Origin: an uncultured Sphingomonadaceae bacterium
GTDB taxonomy: Bacteria; Pseudomonadota; Alphaproteobacteria; Sphingomonadales; Sphingomonadaceae
Direction: 5' to 3'
DNA length: 64,000 nt
Assembly: GCA_964247655.1 (NCBI GenBank)
Contig: CAXTVK010000002.1
Span: 23,606-87,605, forward strand
A model generated the notes under the pieces. It was not told where the DNA came from, searched no databases, and saw only the letters and a program-made list of their open reading frames with translations. Made by a program: the position numbers and the translations under genes. Of this stretch, positions 49,733-59,990 are shown in pieces (position 1 is the first letter of the stretch; each line of letters begins with the position of its first letter).

Positions 49733-50572
49733 TTAGTCTCGACCTATAGTTTCGTTTTGGCCGAAAAGAATGCTCAACAGGCCTTCTTCCCGACGCCAAG
49801 TGCGAAATCCGGCCGCCTGTAACAGCTCTTCGCATGCTTCGAACGTAGGCTGCCCATAGCGTTCGGGTCCGCAGTCGACAGCAACCATTTTGATCAGCTT
49901 CAATGCGCCGCTACAGCCCTTTAGAACTTCCGGTTCGGCACCCTCGGCTTCGATCTTCATGAAATCGACGACCTTGATATCGTTGGCTTCCAAGAATGTT
50001 TCTAAGCGCATTATCGGGACAGTGACTTTGGATGTCCACTGATCGGGCTCTATCGTTGACGAGTCCGCCTCTGCCGTGTGCAAGAAGAAATCGATCGATC
50101 CATCACCATCACCTAACGCGGCCTCGATGATGCGTACGTTGGTCAGATTCTCGGTATTCAACCGCAAGGCGGGCAGAACATTAGGATCGGGCTCAAAGGC
50201 GAAGACGGTTGCGCCACGGGTAGCTGCGGCTGCAGTAAACTCGCCGACATTAGCGCCGACCTCTATCACCACGCCTGAGTCTGGGACAAGCACGGTAGGA
50301 TCTTGATATTTGGACAGGATACGCGTGAACATCGCGCTACGGGTGGCGAACTTCATATAGCGGACGTAGCGGCGGGGATGCTGGAAAAAGAAGGTCGAAC
50401 CATCCTGCCAGTGTACCGACAAGACGCCATCGGTCTCCCCCACCTTCCTGCGAGAACGCTTCGCAACCTTGCGGTCGATGACGGGGCGAACGCGCTCTTC
50501 GACCTTGCAATAAGTCGTTGGCGAGACAGACTTTTCCAGTGCACGTTCAGCCGCTCGCAAAAACCGCAGCAT
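49733..50572 (-). CDS. FkbM-family methyltransferase
   Basis: VIEVGANVGEF, AFEPDP, MKIEAEGAEPEVLKG. Confidence 0.9.
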   Translation of the reverse strand: MLRFLRAAERALEKSVSPTTYCKVEERVRPVIDRKVAKRSRRKVGETDGVLSVHWQDGSTFFFQHPRRYVRYMKFATRSAMFTRILSKYQDPTVLVPDSGVVIEVGANVGEFTAAAATRGATVFAFEPDPNVLPALRLNTENLTNVRIIEAALGDGDGSIDFFLHTAEADSSTIEPDQWTSKVTVPIMRLETFLEANDIKVVDFMKIEAEGAEPEVLKGCSGALKLIKMVAVDCGPERYGQPTFEACEELLQAAGFRTWRREEGLLSILFGQNETIGRD

Positions 50573-50889
50573 ACGTTGATTCTTCCTTTTCAGTCAGCAT
50601 GCGGCGGACCCAAACGCTTGATGCCCGCGTCTTCGCGTCCGTGCTCATTTAGCCATCATCCGGCGATTATATCAAGCTAAACACGCAACCGGTCAGCCAA
50701 GTGATCGGGCATTATGGGTGAGGTAGCGGGGCCAAGCCGCTCTTCGCGTCAATGCGCATTGTGAGAAATGAAGGCACGATCTATAGGGCAGGGCGTTTGG
50801 TATGCCTTTGGATTTGATCTCGATGGCCGAATAACGATCTTAAATGCGGCGTTTTCTCTAGCGGACTTTTGAATCTATGGTTTTGAATC

Positions 50890-51549
50890 ATGCGTGGTAA
50901 CACCAAGTCTTCGGCCGTAATTCAAGTCGCAACGATGATCCTGCCTTGGCAGTTGCGCCGTATGATCCTAAACGCCCTTTTACACTACAAGATAAGCCGG
51001 GGCGCTTATATCGGCTATTCGATTGTTATGGCTGACAATGTTGCAATTTCTGAGGGCGCGCGCATCGGCCACCTCAATATTGTCAAGGGTATGTCAAATA
51101 CCATCCTGGAGGCGGGAGCTAAGATCGGTAATCTCAATTGGATTACAGGAATGCCCGCAGATAATCCGATCTTCTTTCGCGAAGAGCCAGACAGGATATC
51201 CACGATAATATTGGGAGAAGGCGCCCGTATAGGGGATCGAAATCTATTCGATTGTAGCAATAAGGTATCTATAGGGAGATTTTCCGTTATCGAGGGCGTG
51301 CGATCCCAGTTCATTACTCACAGTATTGATATCGGGCCGTGCCGACAGACGACACGGCCGATAGATATCGGTGATTATTGTGTTTTGGGTACCGGCTCCA
51401 TAGTTCTCAAGGGGGCGGTATTGTCAGCGCATAGTTGGGTCGCGGACGGATCGATGCTTCGCGGCCAATTCTACGAGCAGCATCTACGGCTTGGCGGAAA
51501 CCCGGCTAAGCCGGTGGCAGCGACTGACCGTTCTGCTGTCGATTTATAG
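50890..51549 (+). CDS. Left-handed beta-helix O-acyltransferase
   Basis: Hexapeptide repeats; ITHSID..PIDIGDYCVLGTGSIVLKG..GGNPAKP. Confidence 0.85.
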   Translation: MRGNTKSSAVIQVATMILPWQLRRMILNALLHYKISRGAYIGYSIVMADNVAISEGARIGHLNIVKGMSNTILEAGAKIGNLNWITGMPADNPIFFREEPDRISTIILGEGARIGDRNLFDCSNKVSIGRFSVIEGVRSQFITHSIDIGPCRQTTRPIDIGDYCVLGTGSIVLKGAVLSAHSWVADGSMLRGQFYEQHLRLGGNPAKPVAATDRSAVDL

Positions 51550-51586
51550 CTTATTTTTATCGATATCTTTCGACTATTGGCGAGGC

Positions 51587-52324
51587 TCAAGCCTTCTTCT
51601 GCAGAAAGATCATCAACACCTCGCCGCCGAGAAAAGGTTTCTTGACGTACTGGATGGCCGAGAGCAGCCGCGTGATCGACGGGGAGCCGAAATTATAGCC
51701 CGGCTCCGGGTTCCAGGTGTAGGAATGATTGCTCCATCGGTCCGCCGGGAAGTGCCGGTTCAGCGCGCGACGTGAGTTCAGTCGGTAGAGCGTCGGGAAG
51801 ACGTCGAGCGCCTTGCGTCCGCCGGGTTGCACCTTCGTCAGCATCTCGGCATGCTTCCGGTTCGGGACGGCCTTGCTGCCCGCGACCAGCATCGAATAGA
51901 GATGCGGCGTCCGAGCGCACAGCCAGCCGCCCGGCTTGATGACGCGGTACAGTTCGCTCGCCGTCATCTCGGGATCGGGGACATGCTCGAACACGTGGTC
52001 TGAGTAGACGAGATCGAACGCTTCGTCGGCGGCGGGAATCCGGCCGCCGTCGAACGGGATGCCCTCGTCGAGCGTGGGGTTGGTGGTCACGATCGGATCG
52101 ACGTCGATCCCCACCACCTTGTGGACGCGGCCCTTGAAGCTAGTGATCTGGCGGACATAGGGAAGCCGATGCTCCGAGAGAAGGCCGCGACCCGCGCCGA
52201 AATCGAGGATGTCCATGTCGGGCGTCACCAGCGCGTTGATACGCGTGAAGAACTGGACGGTGCCTGCATAACGGGTGAAGCCGCCGGCCCCGACCTCGGG
52301 ATAGATCTTGTCGTACGCGCCCAT
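51587..52324 (-). CDS. Class I SAM-dependent methyltransferase
   Basis: ILDFGAGRG, GIDVD, FDLVYSDHVFEHV, RVIKPGG. Confidence 0.88.
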   Translation of the reverse strand: MGAYDKIYPEVGAGGFTRYAGTVQFFTRINALVTPDMDILDFGAGRGLLSEHRLPYVRQITSFKGRVHKVVGIDVDPIVTTNPTLDEGIPFDGGRIPAADEAFDLVYSDHVFEHVPDPEMTASELYRVIKPGGWLCARTPHLYSMLVAGSKAVPNRKHAEMLTKVQPGGRKALDVFPTLYRLNSRRALNRHFPADRWSNHSYTWNPEPGYNFGSPSITRLLSAIQYVKKPFLGGEVLMIFLQKKA

Positions 52325-52711
52325 CAACAGCCCCCTCGTCCACCGTTCCGACCCGAGACGGCCAGGTCGCGCACGATGCTGCCCGCTATCGCCACGTACG
52401 TCGAGCGCACGGCGGCTTCGCAACGCATGCCCAACGCCGCGTTTGTGCCACCGCAGCACAATCGGAGCAACCGCCTTGCACCCGGTTTCCCATCTCGGTG
52501 CCGTCAGGTTGGCCTAAATCCGTCTTGCATTGCGCCATAATCGGATGGAAGCGGCGGGGTCGTCCGGTAGGCGGTTGACGGCGCTCCTTGACTGCGGTTA
52601 CGCACATGCAGCGAAACGGGGGAAGCGGCGAGGGGATCGGATGCCTCCGCGCGCCTCGTGAGCGCGTGACGAGCGCCGCTCGCACGAACGAGGTCGCGAC
52701 GAAGGGGGCTC

Positions 52712-53971
52712 ATGAAAATAGCGGTTCTTGGGCTCGGGTATGTCGGCATGACCGCCGCCGCCTGCCTTGCGCGGCAGGGCCACGAGGTCGTCGGTATCGA
52801 TATCAGCGATGAGAAGGTGGCGATCGTCAACGCCGGGGGATCGCCTATCCGCGAACCAGGGCTCGAAGAGCTCGTCCGGCAGGGTCTGGCGTCGAACCTG
52901 ATCTCGGCAAGCACCGAAATTCGTGGGTTGGACGGCTGCGACGCGGCCATCGTCTGCGTCGGTACGCCCAGCGCTGCCGATGGCTCACACAACATGGCCT
53001 ACATCGCCGATGTTTCGCGCCAGATTGCCGCTGCGATCGACCCTGGGCGACCGACGCCGCTGACAATCATCTATCGTTCGACGATCCGCCCCGGTACGAT
53101 CGAGGAATTGATCGATCCGATATTTGTCGATCGGCTGGGCGCTGGGTCTGCCGCCTACGAACTCGTCTACAATCCCGAATTTCTGCGCGAGGCTACCGCA
53201 ATCAAGGATTTCTTCGCGCCACCCAAGATCGTCGTCGGCACGAAGGACGGACGGCCGTCGGCGACGATGGAAGCGATGAATGCGGGCATCGACGCGCCGG
53301 TCTTCAATGTTCCGTTTCGCGAGGCCGAACTCACGAAGTTCGTCGATAATACGTTCCATGCCGTCAAGGTTTCGTTCGCGAACGAAATCGGGCGCATCTG
53401 TAATCTGCTCGGTATTTCCGCAAAGACGATCAGCGAGATATTCCTTTCCGATACCAAGCTCAACATCTCGCCTTATTATCTTCGTCCCGGTGGAGCGTTC
53501 GGCGGATCGTGTCTTCCGAAAGATGTGCGCGCTCTGCAATATATGGCGTCGGACCTTGGTGCGAGCACGCATCTGGTCGATTCGCTCATCCGATCCAACG
53601 AGGCGCACAAGCATTTTCTATTCGAACATTGCACTCGCAACGTTGCGGACGGTGCCTCGGTCCTAATGCTGGGCGTTGCCTTCAAGAGCAACAGCGACGA
53701 TTTGCGCGAAAGCCCGAACATCGATCTTGCCAGGAAGCTGTTGGGTGCGGGCTATCAGCTTTCGATCTATGACCCGGAGGTTAAGCCAGCGGGGTTGCTC
53801 GGTCAGAATCTGGGTTATGCGTTCGCAAATATCCCCGCTCTGCGAGATCTCCTGGTGGGTGAGGAGGAGGTGCATGCGGCGCGTTACGATCTCGTGATCG
53901 ACACCCGCGGCAACGCCGGGGACCTGGACCTTCAGGCGAAAGACATTATCAACATCAATGCGCTCGCTTGA
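52712..53971 (+). CDS. GDP-mannose/UDP-glucose 6-dehydrogenase (AlgD-like)
   Basis: GLGYVG, CVGTPS, NPEFLRE, KFVDNTFHAVKVSFANEIG, KLNISPYYLRPGGAFGGSCLPKD, DDLRESP. Confidence 0.9.
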   Translation: MKIAVLGLGYVGMTAAACLARQGHEVVGIDISDEKVAIVNAGGSPIREPGLEELVRQGLASNLISASTEIRGLDGCDAAIVCVGTPSAADGSHNMAYIADVSRQIAAAIDPGRPTPLTIIYRSTIRPGTIEELIDPIFVDRLGAGSAAYELVYNPEFLREATAIKDFFAPPKIVVGTKDGRPSATMEAMNAGIDAPVFNVPFREAELTKFVDNTFHAVKVSFANEIGRICNLLGISAKTISEIFLSDTKLNISPYYLRPGGAFGGSCLPKDVRALQYMASDLGASTHLVDSLIRSNEAHKHFLFEHCTRNVADGASVLMLGVAFKSNSDDLRESPNIDLARKLLGAGYQLSIYDPEVKPAGLLGQNLGYAFANIPALRDLLVGEEEVHAARYDLVIDTRGNAGDLDLQAKDIININALA

Positions 53972-55329
53972 GAGGGACGATGGCGACCGGCGCGATGAGG
54001 TTTCCTAAGGAAATGGCGGTCAAGCCGGCGGAGCGCAAATTGCGAATTGCGCTCGTTTACAGTCGCTTGCCCTTGCCGATGCGCCGCGCGGACCAACTCA
54101 CCGTGGCCCATCTCCTGAGCTTTCTGAAAGCAAGGGGACACCTCACCGATCTCTATTGCATAAACACCGGTGGCGTGTCGGACGCAGACGACGTCGCATG
54201 GTTGGAGAGCGCATGCCGCGAGGTCTATCTTTATGGGCATGGAATCCGAGACATCGCGCGCGCCGCGATCGGGACGCTGCGCGGCCTCCCGGTGCAGGTC
54301 GGTCTGTTCTCCAATCCGGTCCAGCGCCGCGATGTTCGCAAGCGTGTTGAAACCGGCGATTATGATATCGTCTATACTTATTATTTTCGCAGCGCCGAGG
54401 TGACGCGTGATATCGGTCGTCCAGCCGGTACGCGACCGATCGAAGGCGATCCGCGGCCGGCGACGTTCTTGGCTCTTCAACTGTCTCAAACGCTCAACAC
54501 CAAGCGTATCGCTCTAAACGCGCCTAATTTCGCCAACCGCCTTTTCTATGCCGTCGAGAGCCGATTCGTCGCACGATACGAATCGAAGATTTGGAGCCGC
54601 TTTACGCATAGCGTTCTGATTGGGAAGCGCGACGTCGCGGAAATTGCGGCAACTTGTCGTGTACAAGGCGTCCCGACGATAGATAATTACGTCTTGGGCG
54701 CACATGGAACAGACGTAACCCGCTTCGCGCCACGGCCCGACATTTACGAGAAACACAATCATCTTGTGTTTTCGGGCGTGATGCGCACGCCGACAAACAT
54801 TCACGCGGTCCAATGGTTCGCACATCATGTCTGGCCGAAAGTGCGCACAGCGTTGCCCGACGCGACGTGGGCTATCGTTGGGCGAGAACCATCGAGCGAA
54901 GTTCGCGATCTCGCCATCCTTCCGGGCGTGAGCATAACGGGTACGGTAGCCGACCCGGCGGCCTATATGGCGGAAGCCGCAGTCTGCATTAACCCGATGC
55001 AGGCGGGGGGTGGGATGCAGAACAAACTCATCGAGTATCTTGCGATGGGCAAGGCGATCGTAGCGACCAGTGTCGCCAACGAAGGTGTCGGCGCTGCGCC
55101 AGGCGTGGATCTCATGATCGCGGATACGCCGGAGAATTTTGCGAGCGCCGTCGTCGCGTTGCTGAACGACGCTTCGCTAAGATCGAACTTGGGCGCCGCG
55201 GGACGCAACTACGTCATGAAAAACTGGACGTGGGAGTCGCATTGGCTGCGCCTCGAAGAAAATTTTTATGCCGCACTTTCTCCGGAGACGGGAAAACCGG
55301 CGACAGCAATGGCGGGAGCCGAACGGTGA
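53968..55329 (+). CDS. Glycosyltransferase family 4
   Basis: GTD..F, LVFSGVM..TN..AVQWF, GGGMQNKLIEYLAMGKAIVAT. Confidence 0.88.
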   Translation: MRGTMATGAMRFPKEMAVKPAERKLRIALVYSRLPLPMRRADQLTVAHLLSFLKARGHLTDLYCINTGGVSDADDVAWLESACREVYLYGHGIRDIARAAIGTLRGLPVQVGLFSNPVQRRDVRKRVETGDYDIVYTYYFRSAEVTRDIGRPAGTRPIEGDPRPATFLALQLSQTLNTKRIALNAPNFANRLFYAVESRFVARYESKIWSRFTHSVLIGKRDVAEIAATCRVQGVPTIDNYVLGAHGTDVTRFAPRPDIYEKHNHLVFSGVMRTPTNIHAVQWFAHHVWPKVRTALPDATWAIVGREPSSEVRDLAILPGVSITGTVADPAAYMAEAAVCINPMQAGGGMQNKLIEYLAMGKAIVATSVANEGVGAAPGVDLMIADTPENFASAVVALLNDASLRSNLGAAGRNYVMKNWTWESHWLRLEENFYAALSPETGKPATAMAGAER

Positions 55330-57497
55330 AGCAGGTTGTACAGAATGCGCGAGGCGGCAAGCTCGCGTTGCGATCGGTGCCCATGCCTGGCGTAGCGCGC
55401 AACAGCTTGCTTATCCAGACAACATGCTCGCTGATCTCTGCGGGCACCGAGCGTCAGATGGTGGGGTTCGCCCAATCTAGCATGATCGCCAAAGCCCGCG
55501 CGCGTCCCGATCTCGTGCGCAAGGTCGTCGATAAAGTTCGTCGCGATGGTCCTATGGCGACGATCAAGTCGGTGACAGCCAGGTTGGATGAGGCGCTACC
55601 GCTGGGTTATTCGATCGCCGGCAAGGTGATTGAGGTCGGTGAGGGCCTCGAGGGGCGCTACGCGGTCGGGCAGATGGTTGCCGGAGCCGGCATTGGCATG
55701 GCAAACCACGCTGAATACAATGTCGTACCTGACAATCTGGTCGTGCCGATCCCTTCTGATGTGACCGCTGAGGAAGCTTGCTTCTCGACCTTGGGATCGA
55801 TCGCGATGCATTCGGTGCGTTTGGTTGAGCCGCAGCTTGGCGACGTCGTGGCTGTGCTCGGGGCAGGACTTGTGGGGCAGCTTTGTGCTCAGTTCGCCCG
55901 GCTTGCCGGAGCACGCGTCATCGTTCTCGACTATAATGCGGAACGTCTTGCGCTCGCCAAATCGCTTGGCGCCGAGGCTGTCATCCAGTTGGGAGTGGGC
56001 TTGCCTACCGAGGCGGTATTGGACCTTACCCGTGGAATAGGCTGCGACAGCGTATTGATCGCTGCGGCGACGCCGACAAGCGAACCATTTGAGACCGCTG
56101 CCGAAATCGCTCGCGACCGCGCCTCGGTCTGCTTGGTCGGTATCACCGGCACGGACTTTCCTTACCGTGCCTATATGCAGAAGGAACTCAAGATCTTAGT
56201 CTCGCGATCCTATGGCCCCGGCCGTTACGATCGCGACTATGAAAACAAGCATCAGAAATATCCGCTGGGATACGTCCGCTGGACGGAGAATGAAAATCTG
56301 CGTGAGGTCGCGCGGTTGATGTCTCCGTCGCTCCGCAATCGTCTTGATGTATCGTCGTTAATCTCGCACCGCTTTCCCTTCTGCGATGCGGAGAAAGCCT
56401 ATGAAATGGTAATGGGAGGAACGACGCCACACCTCGGCGTCGTCCTCGAATATGGAAAAGGCGAGTTAGCGGACCCATGTCGCCAATTAACGCTGCGGAG
56501 CCATCGTACGACAGTGAGCGGCACGGCGATAGGCGCGGTCGGCGCGGGTAATTTCGGCAAGACCATGATCCTTCCCGCGTTGAATGCGGACAAGCGGGTT
56601 CAGCTCAAGACGCTCGTGACGAGCCGCGGCGCGTCAGCCGAGGGAACGGGCACGAAACTGGGTTTTTCCAGCGCGTCGACTGAGTTGGATAGCGTCTTCG
56701 ACGACCCCGAGATTGCTGCCGTGGTGGTTACGACACCCCATTCGACCCATGCGAGCATGGTACTGCGAGCATTGCAGGCCGGAAAGAACGTGTTCGTCGA
56801 GAAGCCGCTGGCGCTTAGTCGCGACGAGCTTGAAAGCATAGTGAACGCACGTGCCGGGTCAGACGGCTTTATCATGGTCGGATTCAACAGGCGTTTCGCG
56901 CCCTATGTTCGTATGGCCAAGACGTTTCTCCGCACAAAAGCGGGGCGTTCCGTGGTCAACATCCGCGTGAATGCCGGCCAGCTTCCTCTGGAAAGCTGGC
57001 AACGCGACGCCGAAGAGGGGCAGGGGCGCATCCTGGGGGAAGTCTGCCATTTCGTTGATCTCGCGATGGATCTCGTAGACTCGCCTCTGATTTCAATTTC
57101 GGCGACCGCAGCTGAAGCGGTACGCGGGCTGTGCGAGGATTTGAGCATCGCGCTTCGTTTCGCTGACGGGAGCCTCGCCAACATAGTCTACACCGCGCTT
57201 GGTGACACCAGCTTCAGCAAGGAACTGGTCGAAGTCTACAAGGGCGCGGCGGTATGCCAAATCGAAAATTTCCGCGAATTTACGACCGTGGTCGATGGCA
57301 AGCGATCGACAAACAAAACCATGACGCAGGATAAGGGGCACAACGCTCAGATCACGGCGCTGATCGACGGCATCATATCCGGCATACCACCGGTGGACGA
57401 GCAATCGCTGATCGAGTCAAGCCTCGCTACGATCATGGTTCTGGATTCGCTGCGGCTAGGGCGTCCGGTCAGTTTCGGCGACCCGGTAGCAGCTTAA
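55326..57497 (+). CDS. Bi-domain oxidoreductase (MDR alcohol dehydrogenase + Gfo/Idh/MocA)
   Basis: SLISAGTE, PLGYS, GAGLVG, SRSYGPGRYD; GAGNFG, FVEKPL, VGFNRRF, GEVCHFVD. Confidence 0.9.
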   Translation: MKQVVQNARGGKLALRSVPMPGVARNSLLIQTTCSLISAGTERQMVGFAQSSMIAKARARPDLVRKVVDKVRRDGPMATIKSVTARLDEALPLGYSIAGKVIEVGEGLEGRYAVGQMVAGAGIGMANHAEYNVVPDNLVVPIPSDVTAEEACFSTLGSIAMHSVRLVEPQLGDVVAVLGAGLVGQLCAQFARLAGARVIVLDYNAERLALAKSLGAEAVIQLGVGLPTEAVLDLTRGIGCDSVLIAAATPTSEPFETAAEIARDRASVCLVGITGTDFPYRAYMQKELKILVSRSYGPGRYDRDYENKHQKYPLGYVRWTENENLREVARLMSPSLRNRLDVSSLISHRFPFCDAEKAYEMVMGGTTPHLGVVLEYGKGELADPCRQLTLRSHRTTVSGTAIGAVGAGNFGKTMILPALNADKRVQLKTLVTSRGASAEGTGTKLGFSSASTELDSVFDDPEIAAVVVTTPHSTHASMVLRALQAGKNVFVEKPLALSRDELESIVNARAGSDGFIMVGFNRRFAPYVRMAKTFLRTKAGRSVVNIRVNAGQLPLESWQRDAEEGQGRILGEVCHFVDLAMDLVDSPLISISATAAEAVRGLCEDLSIALRFADGSLANIVYTALGDTSFSKELVEVYKGAAVCQIENFREFTTVVDGKRSTNKTMTQDKGHNAQITALIDGIISGIPPVDEQSLIESSLATIMVLDSLRLGRPVSFGDPVAA

Positions 57498-57498
57498 G

Positions 57499-59304
57499 AT
57501 GGACGTTGCGCGATCTTTTCGCACCGTGCGGCACCTGACCGCCGAACAGTGGATTTTCCGTCTGGTCTGCCGCGGTAAATTCTTGGCTATGGGAAGGTTT
57601 CCGCGCTTTGCGTTGAGGCTATTTGAGAACCGCGCGAAGGCCGGGCCGGCTCCTGATCCGGCGTCTCCGGATCTGGCATTGCTGAGTGCGCATATCCGGC
57701 AATTACAACGTGCCGTTCATGATCGCTGGTGCGGCGAGGCAGCGCTGGGCCGCTTCACATTGTTAAACCAGACCATAGATTTCGGTGGTCTCGACCGGAT
57801 CGAGTGGCGGCGCGAGCTCGGTGAGAAAAACAATCGCCTGTGGCGCATGAACTTAGCGTATATGGGCTATCTCGTGCCGCTGTTCGAGCGTGACGCCCGC
57901 AATGCGTTGCCGGTCGCCCAATCGATACTGGCGAGCATGACAGCGCAAAATCCCTGGTCCTGTAGGGGTGTTTTTCGAGATGTCTGGCATCCCTACTCCG
58001 TTTCGCACCGTGCCATCAATCTGTTAATCTGTTTGCGCCTGCTTTACGAGCAGGCGCCGGATCTTCTGCCGCAGGCGAATGCAATATCCGATCAAATCCG
58101 TTTGGACGTTGCCTTCGTAGCCGGCAATTTGGAGCGGGATCTTCAATATAATCATCTGCTTAAGAACTATGTTTGCCTCGCTGCGTTTGCCTCCGCAGCG
58201 CCAGACGCCTCGTTCGCGTCAGCAATACTGAAGGGTACGCGCGCTTCGATCGAGCAGCAGTTCCTGCGCGATGGTGGACAGGCCGAGCGCGCACCCATGT
58301 ACCACGTACTGTCGTTAATCGACCTCCGGGTCTTGCGCCATAGCGGCGCATTGGACTCAGATACGCAGGCCCTTGTGGAAACAACAATACGGGCGAGCGA
58401 AGCGTCGACGGCGGCGATGGTCCATCCTGACGGTGAAGTCGCTTTGTTCAACGACAGTTGGCTGGGCGAAGGGCCGCCCGCGGCGGACGTCGTATCAGAT
58501 CTAGCAGTTTGCCCTGCCGATCAATCGCGGTGGACAATGGCGGATGCGGGGTACGTTCGGTTGGCGCAAGGCGATGACAGCGTCGTGATGGATTTTGGCA
58601 ACTGCGGCCCGGATGATAACCCGGGACATGCTCACGCCGACTTTCTTTCGTTGGAATTGTCGGTGGGAGGAAAGCGCCTGCTGGTTGACACTGGCGTGCC
58701 AACCTATTCGGAAGGAGCGGCGCGTGATATGTCTCGCTCCGCGGCATCGCATAACGGACCGACTTGCGAAGGGCTGGAGCCGATCGAGTTTTGGGGATCC
58801 TTTCGTGTCGGTCGGCGCGGATACGCTGCCATTCTGCCAATCGAAGGCGCGATGCGCTTTGCGGCATGGCACGATGGCTATAAGAGCAAAAATATCGCTG
58901 CCGCCCGAGCGATCGAATTCATTCCCGGCGAAGGCTTGTTGATCAGCGATCTTTGGGTCGGCGCCGGTTCGCATGCTGCTAAAGCGCGATCGCGATTTAC
59001 GATCGCCGGGCGGTGGAGGCCTAGCGGCTTGGGCGTCACCGCAGACCAGTCCATCGTGAGTTTCCACGCCATCAAGGGAACGCTTGGCTCGTTTGAACGA
59101 GCGGAACATTGGCTTCGTTTTGGAGAGCGCAATGAGGCGAGTCGCATCGTGATGAACGCTGCGGAATTTGACGGCGTTCAGGCAGCGAGCTTGTGGATAA
59201 ACTGGAGCGACCGCAAAGACATGCCATTGAGCAAAGAGGTTGATCTTCGCAAGTCTTTGACCGACGCCCTGTTATCTTTGCCGCAAGTTAGCAGGTTGCT
59301 CTGA
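57499..59304 (+). CDS. Heparinase II/III-family protein
   Basis: LWRMNL.YM, NHLLKN, DGGQAERAPMYH, LFNDS, GHAHAD.LS, VDTG..RS..SHN. Confidence 0.9.
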   Translation: MDVARSFRTVRHLTAEQWIFRLVCRGKFLAMGRFPRFALRLFENRAKAGPAPDPASPDLALLSAHIRQLQRAVHDRWCGEAALGRFTLLNQTIDFGGLDRIEWRRELGEKNNRLWRMNLAYMGYLVPLFERDARNALPVAQSILASMTAQNPWSCRGVFRDVWHPYSVSHRAINLLICLRLLYEQAPDLLPQANAISDQIRLDVAFVAGNLERDLQYNHLLKNYVCLAAFASAAPDASFASAILKGTRASIEQQFLRDGGQAERAPMYHVLSLIDLRVLRHSGALDSDTQALVETTIRASEASTAAMVHPDGEVALFNDSWLGEGPPAADVVSDLAVCPADQSRWTMADAGYVRLAQGDDSVVMDFGNCGPDDNPGHAHADFLSLELSVGGKRLLVDTGVPTYSEGAARDMSRSAASHNGPTCEGLEPIEFWGSFRVGRRGYAAILPIEGAMRFAAWHDGYKSKNIAAARAIEFIPGEGLLISDLWVGAGSHAAKARSRFTIAGRWRPSGLGVTADQSIVSFHAIKGTLGSFERAEHWLRFGERNEASRIVMNAAEFDGVQAASLWINWSDRKDMPLSKEVDLRKSLTDALLSLPQVSRLL

Positions 59305-59306
59305 TC

Positions 59307-59990
59307 ATGCGCGGGGGATCAACGGCATCGCTCGTCTTGCAACTCGCAATCCTATTCTTCCCGTGGCGGGTTCGGCGGCTCCTGCTCGTCAAACTGCTTG
59401 GATATCAAATCCATCCGGCCGCACGGATCGCCCGATCACTCGTTCTTTCGGATCGTGTCGTTCTTGGTGAGGGCGCAGTGATCAAGAACCTGACACTGAT
59501 CAAAGCTTTGACGGAACTGATCATCGAACCTCACGGGCGGATCGGCAACCTGAATTGGATCGCTGGATCGCACGGATCCGACTCCTCGGTCATAGCAGCC
59601 GAGCCAGGTCGAAATTCCGCCTTGTTCGTTGGCGAGTCGGCGTCGATCACGAACCGGCATTATCTCGATTGTACGAACAGGATAACTATCGGGCGTTTTA
59701 CCACGGTCGGCGGGTTCCGCTCTCAATTCATGACTAGTAGCATCGATCACAGCACTCGAAGATTATCGTCTAGCCCCATCGATATCGCTGATTATTGTTT
59801 TATCGGGACTGGCGTTGTCATATCGAAAGGTGCTGGGCTTGGACGGTGTTGCGTGCTCGGTGCGGGTTCGACCTTAACCCACCGGGTCGATTCACCTTAC
59901 AAGATCGTATCTGGATGTCCGGCCCAACCCGTCCGCGACCTCAATCCGACCAACTTATATTTTTCACGGGCTACGGCGGGGGTATATTAA
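59307..59990 (+). CDS. Left-handed beta-helix O-acyltransferase, paralog of 50890-51549
   Basis: Shares PW..RR..L.Y.I, IGNLNWI.G, DC.N..IGRF, RSQF.T.SID, PIDI.DYC with the first copy. Confidence 0.85.
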   Translation: MRGGSTASLVLQLAILFFPWRVRRLLLVKLLGYQIHPAARIARSLVLSDRVVLGEGAVIKNLTLIKALTELIIEPHGRIGNLNWIAGSHGSDSSVIAAEPGRNSALFVGESASITNRHYLDCTNRITIGRFTTVGGFRSQFMTSSIDHSTRRLSSSPIDIADYCFIGTGVVISKGAGLGRCCVLGAGSTLTHRVDSPYKIVSGCPAQPVRDLNPTNLYFSRATAGVY

